From an uncultured Methylomirabilota bacterium (GTDB taxonomy: Bacteria; Methylomirabilota; Methylomirabilia; Methylomirabilales; 2-02-FULL-66-22), in NCBI GenBank assembly GCA_963705305.1, contig OY970067.1:1312001-1376000 (forward strand): 64,000 bases of DNA, given 5' to 3'. The first letter of the stretch is position 1. The number at the start of each line of letters is the position of its first letter. The notes beneath the pieces were generated by a model. It was not told where the DNA came from and ran no database searches. It saw only the letters and a program-made list of their open reading frames with translations. The position numbers and the translations under genes were made by a program. Shown piece by piece: positions 1 through 10,640 of the stretch.

Positions 1-547
1 GGGCTTCGCCTGCGTCGACTGGCGGGTGTCCGACTCGCGGACCCTTTGGATCCGTGGCTCCTCGCCGGCAAGGTCGGTCTGACGGTTGTTGATGCGCGTC
101 CTTTCCTGGCAAACCTGCCGGTGGAGGAGCGGGAGCAACTGATCTCAGACGGCGGGTGCTGGTCAGGCGGGATCTTCCCCGTCGCCTTGCCCAACGGTTC
201 CCGTCTTTGCATGCTGAACCCGAAGCACAACAGGCATCGACAGAAGATCACCCTGATGGAGGAGATCACCCACACCCATCTTCAACATGTGCCCTCTCGG
301 CTTGCGTACAGTTCAGCGGCTCTCCGGGTGCGGGACTTAGATCCAGAGCAGGAGGCGGATGCCTACGGGATTGGCGCAGCAGCGCTACTCCCGTGGTCGA
401 CTTTCTTTCCTGCGGTGAACGACGGCCAAACCGTCGAGGAACTTGCGGCAGAATACGGTGTGTCTGAGGAATCTGGTCACCTATCGCATCAAGATCACGG
501 GAGCGTTTCACCTTTACCGCTCCCGTCAACGCAAGGCACCGATCTGA
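1..547 (+). CDS. ImmA/IrrE-family metallopeptidase (5'-partial; apparent +1 frameshift at ~470)
   Basis: Frame is open from base 1. Motifs RQKITLMEEITH, EQEADAYGIGAAALLP and LAAEYGVS. Removing one A at 470/471 restores DLVTYRIKITGAFHLYRSRQRKAPI-stop at 547. Confidence 0.75.
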
Positions 548-942
548 CCTGCGGTTGCCGCCGTTGCCCCGCGGGATCCAAACTGGGGCAAGACGCCCGA
601 TTGCCTTAGGCGGTGGATCGTTCACGCGGTCACCCTTCCGGGAGCTCGTTTCAGAGCGCCGGGCGGATCCCGATACTGGCTGGATATGGCCAACGCCAAA
701 TTATGGCCACTTCGTTGTCTCCGTCGGAGCTTTGTGGTACAAGCACAGGCAAACGAAAAGTCGTGGCGGAGGAGCCCAGAGAGATTGAGGGCAGGTTCGG
801 AGGGTCGGTGCTCTTCGTACTGGACAAGATGTTCAGCACGGGACCGACGTCACACGCGCCTCATGGCTCCTCCCAACAAATAGAGATGTGGCCCATCGGC
901 TTCCGGGTGGAGGAAGGTGGCCACCAGTACGAAAGATAGGAA

Positions 943-2451
943 ATGCCCATACTGACTTGGCTCGATCGGGAAACCGCCATGAAAGCTGCGGAGGCCGTGC
1001 CCTACCGCGTTCTCGACCTCGATCCGAAGCTTTCGGCCGACGACCCTTCCGCCGAAAACCTTATCATCCAGGGCGACAACCTCGAAGCCGTCAAAGCAAT
1101 CATGCCGTACTTCGCCAGCCGCGTGAAATGCTTCGCCATTGACCCGCCCTACAATACCCGGAGCGCCTTCGAGCACTACGACGACAGCCTCGAACACTCG
1201 ACCTGGCTCTCCATGATGTATCCCCGCCTCGAACTCATGCGCGACCTGCTCGCCGAGGACGGATCAATTTGGGTCTGCATAGACGACAACGAGGCTCACT
1301 ACCTGAAAGTCATCATGGACGAAGTCTTCGGGAGGAAGAACTTCATCGCCGAGATCATTTGGCAGAAGCGAACATCACGGGAAAACCGGGCCGCGATCGG
1401 CTCTGCCCATGACACCATTCTGGTCTATGGCCGGATGGAAGCGAAGGCATGGAAGGACCACAGGAACCTTCTACCCGGCACAGGCAAAGGCTACGGTAAT
1501 CCCGACGACGACCCACGTGGCCCATGGCGTTCGATCCCGTTCTCGGCACAGGGCTACCGAATCAATCAGATGTACGAGATCGAGACGCCATCCGGCAAGA
1601 TTGTGTCCCCACCGAAGGGCCGCTGCTGGGGAGCCACGGAACCGGTCTACATAGACTACAAGAAGGCCAACCGCGTCTACTTCCCAAACGATGGATCGGG
1701 ACGCCCCCGAATCAAACAGTTTGAGAACGAAGAGAAGGGCCTTGTCCCGATGTCAATCTGGATGGCCGCTGACGCGGGTGACACAGAGGAGTCGAAGAAA
1801 GAGATTCTCACCCTCTTCGATGAGGAAAGCCCGTTCGGGACCCCCAAGCCCGAGCGCCTCCTTAGGCAGATCATCACTATCGCCACGAATCCAGGCGACA
1901 TCGTGTGCGACCCGTTTCTCGGCTCCGGCACCACGGCTGTGGTGGCTCATAAGATGGGCCGCCGCTACATCGGCGTGGAGATGGGCGAGCAGGCGGTCAC
2001 GCACTGCGTGCCGCGCCTCAAGAAGGTCATCGACGGCGAACAGGGCGGCATCTCCAAGCTCGTCAACTGGCAGGGCGGCGGCGGGTTCCATTTCGCGCGT
2101 CTCGGTCCCCCGATCTTTACTCCCGATGGCGCCATTCATCCGGACATCCGCTTCCCGACCCTCGCCGCGCATATCTGGTTCTCGGAAACCCGGACAGCCT
2201 GGCCCGGCAAGGGCGATTCCCCGTGTCTCGGCAAGCACAACGGCACGGCCTACTACCTGCTTTTCAACGGCATTCTCGGCGACAAGCGTCCGCTCGCTGG
2301 CAATGTGTTGAACACCTTGACGTTCCGCCAGCTGCCCCCGCACGCCGGCCCGAAGATCGTGTTCGGCGAGGCGTGCCAGTGGGGGGCGGACCGCCTCCAC
2401 CGTGAGAACATCGAATTCCGAAAGATTCCGCATGGGCTGAGAGTGCGATGA
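943..2451 (+). CDS. mod: Type III restriction-modification DNA methyltransferase (Mod)
   Basis: IQGDNLEA, DPPY motif IV, TPKPERLL and DPFLGSGTT motif I. Overlaps the res start (ATGA). Confidence 0.9.
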   Translation: MPILTWLDRETAMKAAEAVPYRVLDLDPKLSADDPSAENLIIQGDNLEAVKAIMPYFASRVKCFAIDPPYNTRSAFEHYDDSLEHSTWLSMMYPRLELMRDLLAEDGSIWVCIDDNEAHYLKVIMDEVFGRKNFIAEIIWQKRTSRENRAAIGSAHDTILVYGRMEAKAWKDHRNLLPGTGKGYGNPDDDPRGPWRSIPFSAQGYRINQMYEIETPSGKIVSPPKGRCWGATEPVYIDYKKANRVYFPNDGSGRPRIKQFENEEKGLVPMSIWMAADAGDTEESKKEILTLFDEESPFGTPKPERLLRQIITIATNPGDIVCDPFLGSGTTAVVAHKMGRRYIGVEMGEQAVTHCVPRLKKVIDGEQGGISKLVNWQGGGGFHFARLGPPIFTPDGAIHPDIRFPTLAAHIWFSETRTAWPGKGDSPCLGKHNGTAYYLLFNGILGDKRPLAGNVLNTLTFRQLPPHAGPKIVFGEACQWGADRLHRENIEFRKIPHGLRVR

Positions 2452-5102
2452 AAGACATCAAGTACCAGCAAGACACGCTCACCGTCCTTCAAGAATACCT
2501 CTCCCTCGCCCGGACCTCCGCGCCAAGTGCAGCGTTCGAGGCCGCCACCGCGGGCCTCCCCTCTGCCTTGCGCCGCGAGTACATTGCCCTGAGCGATGCC
2601 GTGGCCGATGCCCCGTACGTTTGCCTCCGCCTTCCCACCGGCGGCGGCAAGACCCTCCTCGCCGCGCTCGCCATCTCTATTGCGGGTAAGGAGTTCCTCG
2701 ACCAGGACTTCCCCCTCGTGGTCTGGCTGGTGCCCACGAAAACGATCCGCGACCAGACGATCAAGGCCCTTCAAACGCCCGGCAACATCCATCACGACGC
2801 ATTGGAAGAACGCTTCAAGGGCCGCTTTCGCGTTCTGGCCGTCACGGATTTTGACCAGCTTCGCCCCCACGACCTCGGCGCCCGCGCCAACATCATCGTC
2901 AGCACGCTTGCCACCGCCCGCGTTGACAACACTGAACTCCGGAAGGTGTACGCGCACAACGAGAACATGGAATCGTTCTTCTCCGGGATCCCGGATACGA
3001 CACCGGACCTCGAACGCGACGAGAAGAAGAAGGGGAAGCCCATCAAGTTCTCCTTCATCAACCTGCTTCACCTGTGTCGCCCGCTCGTGATCGTGGACGA
3101 GGCCCACAACAACACGTCCGATCTCAGCACCGAGGTCATGGGCCGCATCCGCCCGTCCTGCGTCATCGAATTCACGGCTACTCCGGCAGCGAACAGCAAC
3201 ATTCTCTACCACGCGTCCGCCGGCGACCTGTACGCGGCCAGCATGATCAAGCTGCCCATCGAACTCACCCAGCACGCGACGTGGCAGGAGGCCGTCCACA
3301 GCGCCGTCCAGGAGCGTCAGAAGCTCGCGGAACTCGCCCCGAAGGAGAAGGACTACGTCCGCCCCATCACGCTCATCCAGGCCGAGAGCATCGACAGGGA
3401 AGTCACGTGGCAGTTCGTTCTGGATTACCTCCAGAATGAGGAGAGCATCCCGCGCGAGAAAATCGCCGTCGCCACCGGCACGGAGCGCGAACTCGACGGC
3501 ATCAACCTCTTCTCCCAGCAGTGCCCAATCGAACACGTCATCACGGTCAAAGCCCTCAAGGAGGGCTGGGACTGCTCCTTCGCCTACGTCTTCTGTTCCG
3601 TGGCAACCGTGCACTCGAAAACCGAGGTCGAGCAGATTCTCGGCCGCGTGCTACGCATGCCCTACGCCGAGCGGCGGTCACAACCTGCGCTCAATCGGGC
3701 CTATGCGCACGTTTCATCCACGAGCTGGCCCTACGCCGTGCAGCAGATGCGCGACCGCCTCGTGGACATGGGCTTCGATGAAATAGAAGCCGAGGAGGCC
3801 ATCCGCGAACAGCGCCCGAAGCCGATCCTGCAACTTGGCCTTCAGTACCCTATGACCGACTCGACCGCCGGCTTCCCGCTCTTCGACTTCACCGTCCGGG
3901 AGTCCCCGGACCTGACCATCCTCGAACCGGAAGAGCAAGGCTACATCACAGTCCACCAGCAGGAGGACGGCGCCACGACCCTGTCCGTGGACGAGAATAT
4001 CCCGGAATCGGCCCTACGGAAGGTCGAGAAGCAACTCCAGCCCAGAGAGCGCAACGCTCTCCGCGAAACGCTCGCCATCCGCCGCCGCCAGCGCCAGCGC
4101 GACCAGGCTCCCGTCCGCAAAGGCAAGACCTTCATCGTTCCGCGACTGTGCCGCACGATCCAGGGCGAGCTTGAGATTGTCGAACAGGATAATCTCATCG
4201 GCCCCGAGGGCTGGGACCTCGCCGACTATCCAGCCGTCCTCACATCGGACGAGTTCTCCACCGAAGTCGAAGCGAAGCGCTACGAGATTGGCATTGAAGG
4301 CAAGCGCGTCGTGGAACGGTACCTCGGCGCCCAGATGACCCTCGACCTGAAACACATGGAAGAGCCGTGGACCGAGGACTACCTGATCGGGTGGCTCGTC
4401 CGCCACATCGAGGAGTCCCACGTCGCCGATTTCCAGGACATCAAGCAGGTCGCCCTCCGCGCCTTCGTGCGGCGCGTCTTACGGTACCTTACCTGCGACC
4501 GCGGGCTCACGCTGGCCGATCTCCAGCGTTACGCCTTCTCTTTGCACAAAGCCATTGACCAGAAGATCGGCCAGCATCGTGACGCCGCGTTCCACAAAGG
4601 GTTCCAACAGCTTCTTGCCCTTCCCGCCGCGGAAGTCCGCACGTCCTTCGACTACACCTTCGAGTTTCCGCCTGACGGCTACCAACCCCACGGGTACTAC
4701 CAGGGAAGCCGCCGGTTCACCAAGCACTTCTACCCCGAGGTCGGCGAACTGGACCACAAGGGGGAGGAGTTCGATTGCGCCATTGCCATCGACGAATGCT
4801 TCGAGGTCGAGTGCTGGGTTCGCAACCTCGACCACGGCCCGTCCGCCTACAACCTTCCCGTCCCCTCCGGCCGATTCTTCCCTGACTTCGCCGCCAAGCT
4901 CACTGACGGACGGATCATGCTCATCGAGTACAAGGGCGAACACCTCGAAGCCAAAGCCAGCGAGCAGGCAAAAAGAGACATCGGCCGTCTCTGGGAGGAC
5001 CGCAGCGCCGGCAAAGCCCTCTTCCTTTGGGCCGTCAACCAAGACGCCGTCGGCCGCGCCGTCTCGGGCCAACTCAAAGCCAAGGTCGCAGGTTCTCCAT
5101 GA
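2448..5102 (+). CDS. res: Type III restriction endonuclease subunit (Res), SF2 helicase plus PD-(D/E)XK nuclease
   Basis: LPTGGGKT Walker A, VDEAH, ALKEGWD, QILGRVLR and C-terminal FFPDF...IEYKG. Confidence 0.9.
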   Translation: MKDIKYQQDTLTVLQEYLSLARTSAPSAAFEAATAGLPSALRREYIALSDAVADAPYVCLRLPTGGGKTLLAALAISIAGKEFLDQDFPLVVWLVPTKTIRDQTIKALQTPGNIHHDALEERFKGRFRVLAVTDFDQLRPHDLGARANIIVSTLATARVDNTELRKVYAHNENMESFFSGIPDTTPDLERDEKKKGKPIKFSFINLLHLCRPLVIVDEAHNNTSDLSTEVMGRIRPSCVIEFTATPAANSNILYHASAGDLYAASMIKLPIELTQHATWQEAVHSAVQERQKLAELAPKEKDYVRPITLIQAESIDREVTWQFVLDYLQNEESIPREKIAVATGTERELDGINLFSQQCPIEHVITVKALKEGWDCSFAYVFCSVATVHSKTEVEQILGRVLRMPYAERRSQPALNRAYAHVSSTSWPYAVQQMRDRLVDMGFDEIEAEEAIREQRPKPILQLGLQYPMTDSTAGFPLFDFTVRESPDLTILEPEEQGYITVHQQEDGATTLSVDENIPESALRKVEKQLQPRERNALRETLAIRRRQRQRDQAPVRKGKTFIVPRLCRTIQGELEIVEQDNLIGPEGWDLADYPAVLTSDEFSTEVEAKRYEIGIEGKRVVERYLGAQMTLDLKHMEEPWTEDYLIGWLVRHIEESHVADFQDIKQVALRAFVRRVLRYLTCDRGLTLADLQRYAFSLHKAIDQKIGQHRDAAFHKGFQQLLALPAAEVRTSFDYTFEFPPDGYQPHGYYQGSRRFTKHFYPEVGELDHKGEEFDCAIAIDECFEVECWVRNLDHGPSAYNLPVPSGRFFPDFAAKLTDGRIMLIEYKGEHLEAKASEQAKRDIGRLWEDRSAGKALFLWAVNQDAVGRAVSGQLKAKVAGSP

Positions 5103-5253
5103 CCAGACTCATCCTCACAGGAAAGGGCTTCCAGAAGGCGATCTAAGAAGGTACCGGACACCTTTCGAGCGCTAAGTCCTTGGATTGTTTGATGCGCGAT
5201 TTCAAGTCTTGGCAGGTGGCGCAGAGGGTGCGGTGCCTGAGGAAGCGTGGAAC

Positions 5254-6045
5254 ATGAACGACGGTGAGGCGCACGACGCGGACGGCGAAGGCCCCTCTGA
5301 CAACCCTGCCCAGATTCCGGACCGGTTCATCGTCGCCGAGGAAGAACTCGATGCGGCGGTCCGCACGGAATATGCCAGGTATGTCGAACGCCTCTTGCAA
5401 TGTGAGCCGGATCAGACGGGGCCGGAGGCGCGACAACGGTTATTCGATCCGACCGCATCCCTCGAGCTCAAGCGGGAATTGCTGGCCAAGCTCGCGCGGT
5501 GCGGAACGGTCGAGGCCTATAGAGCCATCGAGCAGTACGCTAAGAGCCCCGATCCTGAGCTGGCGCAATGGAGCAAGATTGCCCTGTGGGAGTGTCGGAT
5601 GTCCCTGGAGGGCGACCTGCGCGAAGAACCTGTCGGCATGATCTTCACGGGGCTCGGCGGAGCAGAACATCGCCTCCGGTATCTTGTGGCCGTTGGCTTC
5701 TCCGGTCTGCTTCTGGACGACGGGCAGCGCCGCAGACTCGTGTCGGCATGACGCATGATATGCGCGCGCTACGATTCCGTCCTGGAACAGGTTCGCGTTC
5801 ACGCAGACCACGTTGTCATCACGCTCCTGATCTCCATGGACTCGGCCGTCGGAACCGTCATTGACGAGGCGATTGCCGCAACCAATGGGGACGACCCGCT
5901 CCTGCGACGAGAGTACCTCGTGACCAATGTCAACGTCCCGACCGAAGAAGAAATTCGGCGTGTCCTGAAAGAGAATCTCCCGAGACGAGATGCCTCGGTA
6001 AGACCTCCCTGCGGGACCCCTGTGTTCGCAGCGGAATCATGGGGA
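5254..6045 (+). pseudogene. Hypothetical protein interrupted by an in-frame TGA (5749-5751) and running in frame into the next gene
   Basis: ORFs 5185-5751 and 5755-7905 share a frame (LVSA*RMICARY). Protein-like composition continues across the stop to ...YLVTNVNVPTEEEIRRVL. Confidence 0.55.
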
Positions 6046-7905
6046 ATGGCAATGGCTACCTCGATAGATCGGAAGAAGCGGCTCTCGGCGGCGGATTTCC
6101 TCGAGACGCTAGATGCGCGGCTGACTGCCCTGAAGCCGGCCGAACTCCGTGCGGCACTGATGGCGCACGCCGAGATGCTGCCAGCGGCGAAACGCGGGGC
6201 CTTCCTGGCCATCTTCGAGTTGGCGGATGACGCGGCCGAAACCGGCGGAAAGCGGCGGGGCGCGGGCGCGGAGCGGCTGCTGCGTGATATCGAAGCCCTG
6301 GTCGAGCAGTGTGGAGAGGAGCATTACGGGGGACGGGAGAACGATGAGGGGGACGCGGGCGAGGACGACGACTGGGATCATTATGAATCGGCGCATGCCA
6401 CCTGGCCGAGGGCAAAGATAGACGCCCTGTTCGAGCAAGTGGATGCCGTCTTTCGCGCAGGCGACCTGGCCCTGGCACGCGAGGCCTACGCGAAACTGTT
6501 CGACCTGGTCGCCACCTACGGGGAGGACGGCTTCGACGCGGATGAGGAGGAGTCCGAGCCGGTCGGGGCAACCGATCTCGATGAGGCCAAGGCCCGATAT
6601 CTTCGCGCGCTCTACGAGACGACCGAGCCGGCGCATCGGCCCTCTGCCCTCCTGAAGACGTTGCAGGAACTCCAGTTTGTGGGCGGGCCGGTCGGGATCC
6701 CCGAAATGATCGGCGCGCGCCGCGCCTCCCTGCCGGATCGAGAAGCTTTCCTGGATGCCTGGATCGAACTGCTCCGCCAGCGCCAGTCGGACCAGGCTGG
6801 GTTCATCACCGAGGCACGCCGGCTCCTCTTCCAGGCGGTACGACTACACCAGGGGACCGAGGGGTTGGCGGAGCTGGCGCGGCGGGACGGGCGGCGCCTC
6901 CCGGAGGCGTACCGGAAATGGGTCCAGGCGCTCGCCGAAGAGGATCAGACCGACGAGGCGGTACGGGCCGCCCAGGAGGCGCTGCGCGCGCTCCCCCCCA
7001 GGGGAGAGATCCGGGCCTGGATCGCCGAGCTCATCGCAGAAGCGGCAGCGAAGAACAACGACGGGGCCACAAGGCTGGACGCCCGCCGGGAGGCATTTCG
7101 GGCGACGCCGACCCTCGCCCGCCTTTCATATCTCTGCGAGGCGGCGGAGCCCCTCGGGCAGTTGAATGCCGTGGTCCACGCGGAGACGGCGCAGGTGCGG
7201 ACGACCGTGGGGAGGCAGTCCAAGCAGAAGGGGCAGGATCCGGTGGAGCGGCTGCGGGGGCAGCGCCTCCTCGCGACGCTCCTCCTACTCGACGGTGAGA
7301 CCGAGGAGGCGATCGTGCTGGCGCAGCGGGCCCCGGCCGTAGGCTGGAGCGGGGGAGAGCATCCGGGACCGGTGGTGATGCCCTACCTCCTCTGCGCCGC
7401 AGCCGGCGGGGCGGAGCCCGCTGCCGGGACGGCGCTCGCCGAGATGTGGCGCGGGATCGATGCCGACGAATTACGCTTCCCGCTGTGGGACCTTGACGCC
7501 CTGGACGGCGACTTCGAGGACGAGCCGGAGGCCCCCTGGCCGGACACGTCTCCCACGCCCCGACCGGTGCGGCTCACCCCGTTTCTCCGGACCCAGATCG
7601 AGCGGCAACCGGTCGATCCCGAAGAACGCACTCGCTTCTTGAAGGTGGCCTGGACCCTTGCGGAACGACGGGTCAAGGAGATCCTGGACAAGAAGCACCG
7701 GCGTGCGTACGAGCGGGCCGCCATGCTCGTGGGCGCCGTTGCGGAGGCGCGGATCATGGCCGGGGACACCGGAGGGGGCAATGCCCTTCTCTCGAACGTT
7801 CGCCAGCAATTCTCGCGGTTCTCGGCCTTTACCCGTGAGTTGGACAAGGCCACTCGGCGCTCACCGCTCCTCCCCTCGCCGTCTCCAAAGCCTCGCCGCT
7901 GGTGA
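6046..7905 (+). CDS. Hypothetical helical protein (~619 aa) with acidic patches
   Basis: Long ORF. Probable own start ATG 6046 after GGGGA. Motifs GWSGGEHP and KHRRAYERAA; family not firmly recognised. Confidence 0.7.
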   Translation: MAMATSIDRKKRLSAADFLETLDARLTALKPAELRAALMAHAEMLPAAKRGAFLAIFELADDAAETGGKRRGAGAERLLRDIEALVEQCGEEHYGGRENDEGDAGEDDDWDHYESAHATWPRAKIDALFEQVDAVFRAGDLALAREAYAKLFDLVATYGEDGFDADEEESEPVGATDLDEAKARYLRALYETTEPAHRPSALLKTLQELQFVGGPVGIPEMIGARRASLPDREAFLDAWIELLRQRQSDQAGFITEARRLLFQAVRLHQGTEGLAELARRDGRRLPEAYRKWVQALAEEDQTDEAVRAAQEALRALPPRGEIRAWIAELIAEAAAKNNDGATRLDARREAFRATPTLARLSYLCEAAEPLGQLNAVVHAETAQVRTTVGRQSKQKGQDPVERLRGQRLLATLLLLDGETEEAIVLAQRAPAVGWSGGEHPGPVVMPYLLCAAAGGAEPAAGTALAEMWRGIDADELRFPLWDLDALDGDFEDEPEAPWPDTSPTPRPVRLTPFLRTQIERQPVDPEERTRFLKVAWTLAERRVKEILDKKHRRAYERAAMLVGAVAEARIMAGDTGGGNALLSNVRQQFSRFSAFTRELDKATRRSPLLPSPSPKPRRW

Positions 7906-8036
7906 CCAGCAGGCGCCAAGGCAACAGAGCCGCATCACTGCGATCCCCAGAATGTGGGGGTGATGAGAACCGTTGGGGACTGTGGCGGCGGGGCGGCGTC
8001 ATGGGGGGCGCAACAGGAGACCGCGTACGATGGCCG

Positions 8037-8891
8037 TCAGAGGTGAGCGGCGCGGCGCAATGGCCGGTCCGGCGCACAGTGGGTACGGATATGGGCCCAG
8101 CCATTCCGGGCGCCAACTGCCTCTCGCAGGATGTCGACGCGTTCCCCCGTCTTGACTCGCTCGTCGGAAGGCAGTGCGGTCGCCGCGTACTCCTCGACCA
8201 GCCGGATGCGCTCCTGGCGCGTGGCGCCCAGGGTGAGGATCCGGCTGTACACCTCGCAGGCGTAGGCGAACGTCTCCCGCCGGCGAAAGTCGATCTCCAG
8301 CAGCCATTCCCTCGTCCGGGTGTGCGGCAGCCCGGCATACTCGCGTTTCCAGTTGTGGAAGATGTGGGCGGCCTCGTGCACGAGGAAGTCCGCGAAGGTA
8401 TCCGGATCGGTGAAGTAGGTGAGGGCGATATAGCAGGTGGTCTCCTGGCTCAGCCCCACGATGCTGGCAGTCCCCCCGTGCAGCCCCGGGCGGCCCAGGC
8501 CGCCCAGATAAATGTTCCCGAGCTGCCAGGCAGTGTAGGGCCATCGCTGAGCGGCCAACACCGCTTCGATGGTCTCGGGCGTGAGGACAACGACCGCCTG
8601 TTCCAGGAGGCGCATCACCAGTGGCCGCTCGACGGCCGGGAACAGCCCATCCACCATTGGGGCGAGGCGCCCGCGAGCGAAGGCCGCCAGGTCCAGCCCC
8701 GGAGGGAAAGGTGGGGCCTTGGCACCGGTACCGCGGCGGCGGACCTCCGCGATCAGCGCTCCGTTCAGGGCCGCATGCTGCGCGCGTCCTTGCTCGATGA
8801 TGTTCGCGCCGGGCCAGCCGCGCGGGTCGGCGTCGGCCTCGCCCGTCTCCAGGTAGTGACAAATGCGTGCGGCCTGTGTCACGTCATCCAC
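8037..8891 (-). CDS. Hypothetical protein with HExxH (putative zincin-like metallopeptidase)
   Basis: 284-aa ORF with FLVHEAAHIFH and a downstream RETFAYACE. Confidence 0.7.
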   Translation of the reverse strand: MDDVTQAARICHYLETGEADADPRGWPGANIIEQGRAQHAALNGALIAEVRRRGTGAKAPPFPPGLDLAAFARGRLAPMVDGLFPAVERPLVMRLLEQAVVVLTPETIEAVLAAQRWPYTAWQLGNIYLGGLGRPGLHGGTASIVGLSQETTCYIALTYFTDPDTFADFLVHEAAHIFHNWKREYAGLPHTRTREWLLEIDFRRRETFAYACEVYSRILTLGATRQERIRLVEEYAATALPSDERVKTGERVDILREAVGARNGWAHIRTHCAPDRPLRRAAHL

Positions 8892-9229
8892 GAAATTGCC
8901 TCGCCCCTCGAAGGTCCCGCCCGGTCGTCTCTCTGTCCCCGGTCATGGCATTATACCGCAGCTCGTCCGATGGAAGCGTAGTGTCAGCGCCCGGCACCCG
9001 TGCCGACATCAGGGTTCTGGCTGTTCCACGAGGCGCCACACCGACCCCCTTGCCGCTATCGAGAAAGCCGCCCTCAGTTCCAGAATCACCCACGGGGCCC
9101 CGGGGTGTTTGGAGCCTGCCGGTACTACACCGGCTCGATCCTCAGGGTGCTCGCTCGCCGCCCCAAGGCGGAGCTCCTCGCGCCGCCCTGGAACCCCGTC
9201 CCCAACCTCTGGATCAAATCACCCTGGTC

Positions 9230-9538
9230 CCCAAGATCGCCACAATGGCCGCTGGGAGCTTCGAGCAGAAAGGGCCCCCGGCCATCCGGGGCACCGGCTA
9301 TGTGGTCGATTGCCCGGAGACCGCCTTCTGGGTCTTCCACAAGAGCCAGTCCTTCAAGGGGAACGCCCTCCTGGCGTTAAACCTCGGCGACGCCGACACC
9401 ACCGGCGCGGTGTAGGGCCAGCTCGCCAGCGCGTATTTCGGAGTCCAGGGCATCCCGTCCGAATTTCTCGCCATGCTGATGCAACGGGAGCTGATCGAAC
9501 AGTCTGCAGATCGCCTCCAGGCGCTGTCAGAGACATAG
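9230..9538 (+). pseudogene. ADP-ribosylglycohydrolase (DraG/ARH family) C-terminal remnant
   Basis: IRGTGYVVDC...ALNLGDADTTGAV*GQLASAYFGVQGIP matches the ARH C-terminal GDxDT motif region. In-frame TAG at 9413-9415; N-terminus missing. Confidence 0.8.
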
Positions 9539-10591
9539 GGAGGGCACGCCGCTCGCGGCGTGGAGTCCGCACTGAAGTGCCTCTGGGAGGTGCTGCGTGG
9601 CAACCCAGTACTCGTTGAGATCCTTGTAGGGAGCGAGGTGCTCGGGGCAGAGGCGATGGATGTGCTTGCCCGCCTTCATTGCCGCCTCGGCGAGCACGGC
9701 GCCCCGCTGCTGGCCGGCCGTGTCGGCATCCGCAGCAAGGATGAAGGGGGAGGAGGGCATCTGCGCCCACCACTTCTCGCGGACACTGAGGCCGTTGATA
9801 TCGGCAGCGGGATACCCGGCGGCGAGGCAGGCGAGGGCGTCGAAGAGGCCCTCGACGAGGATACAGCCGTCCTCGTGGAGCGACCAAGCGTAGAAGATCC
9901 CTTTCGTGCCTGGCAGCAGGTCGTGGCGCAGGTCCTTGACGCAGGGGACCGTCGCCCGGCCGTACAGCGCGAGGAGGATGCCGTCCGGGGTGGTGAGGGG
10001 AGCAACGATGCGGGGCTGGCCGGCGCCACGTCTATGGGGCCAGGCGCCGCACGGGGCGTAGCCAAGTCCGGCGGCCCGGGCGACCGAGAGGAGGATGCCG
10101 CGGCTCTCGAGGTAGTGGCGGGCGTGATCATTGGAGAGAAGGTCCTGGCTCCGTCGGAGAAAGGTGTGGACCTCGGGGCGAGCCGGCTGGGGAGGGGGCG
10201 CGGGCTTTCGCAGGGTTCGCGGCAGCATGGCCTGAGCCTGGAGGCCGGCACGAGCCGTGCGGCGGTCGTAACCGTCGACCGCTTCGATGCCGGCGTAATT
10301 GCAGAGAGCGCGAACAGCGTCTCCCGGAGAGAGGCCGCGGACGAGGCTGACGATGTCCACCACGCTTCCGCCCTTCCCACAGCCATGGCAACGCCACGTG
10401 CGGCCGGTGGAGGAGATCCAGGCGGACATGGAGCGGTCACCGTGCCCGTGCTCCACGTAGTTCGGACACTGCATGGACCGGCCGTGGTGTCGCAGGCCAT
10501 GCCACTCGAGCATCTCCCCGATGCTGACCCAGGCTTTGACGGCTGCGAAGAGGTCGAAGGTGGTTGGGGTGGCGGCAACGAGAAGACGCAT
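9527..10591 (-). CDS. DNA primase-like protein (CHC2 zinc finger plus TOPRIM)
   Basis: CPNYVEH...WRCHGC zinc finger, YLESRGI, VEGLFDALA, ADADTAG and KDLNE. Confidence 0.85.
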   Translation of the reverse strand: MRLLVAATPTTFDLFAAVKAWVSIGEMLEWHGLRHHGRSMQCPNYVEHGHGDRSMSAWISSTGRTWRCHGCGKGGSVVDIVSLVRGLSPGDAVRALCNYAGIEAVDGYDRRTARAGLQAQAMLPRTLRKPAPPPQPARPEVHTFLRRSQDLLSNDHARHYLESRGILLSVARAAGLGYAPCGAWPHRRGAGQPRIVAPLTTPDGILLALYGRATVPCVKDLRHDLLPGTKGIFYAWSLHEDGCILVEGLFDALACLAAGYPAADINGLSVREKWWAQMPSSPFILAADADTAGQQRGAVLAEAAMKAGKHIHRLCPEHLAPYKDLNEYWVATQHLPEALQCGLHAASGVPSLCL

Positions 10592-10640
10592 GATGGGTTC
10601 AGGACCTGCAATCCGCAGCGTGGTGGGCGCCTCGCATGGG

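Noticed and set aside
5749..5751. Stop-codon recoding (Sec or genetic code change)
   Set aside because: TGA and TAG terminate many core genes normally, there is no redox-motif context, and no SECIS was evident.
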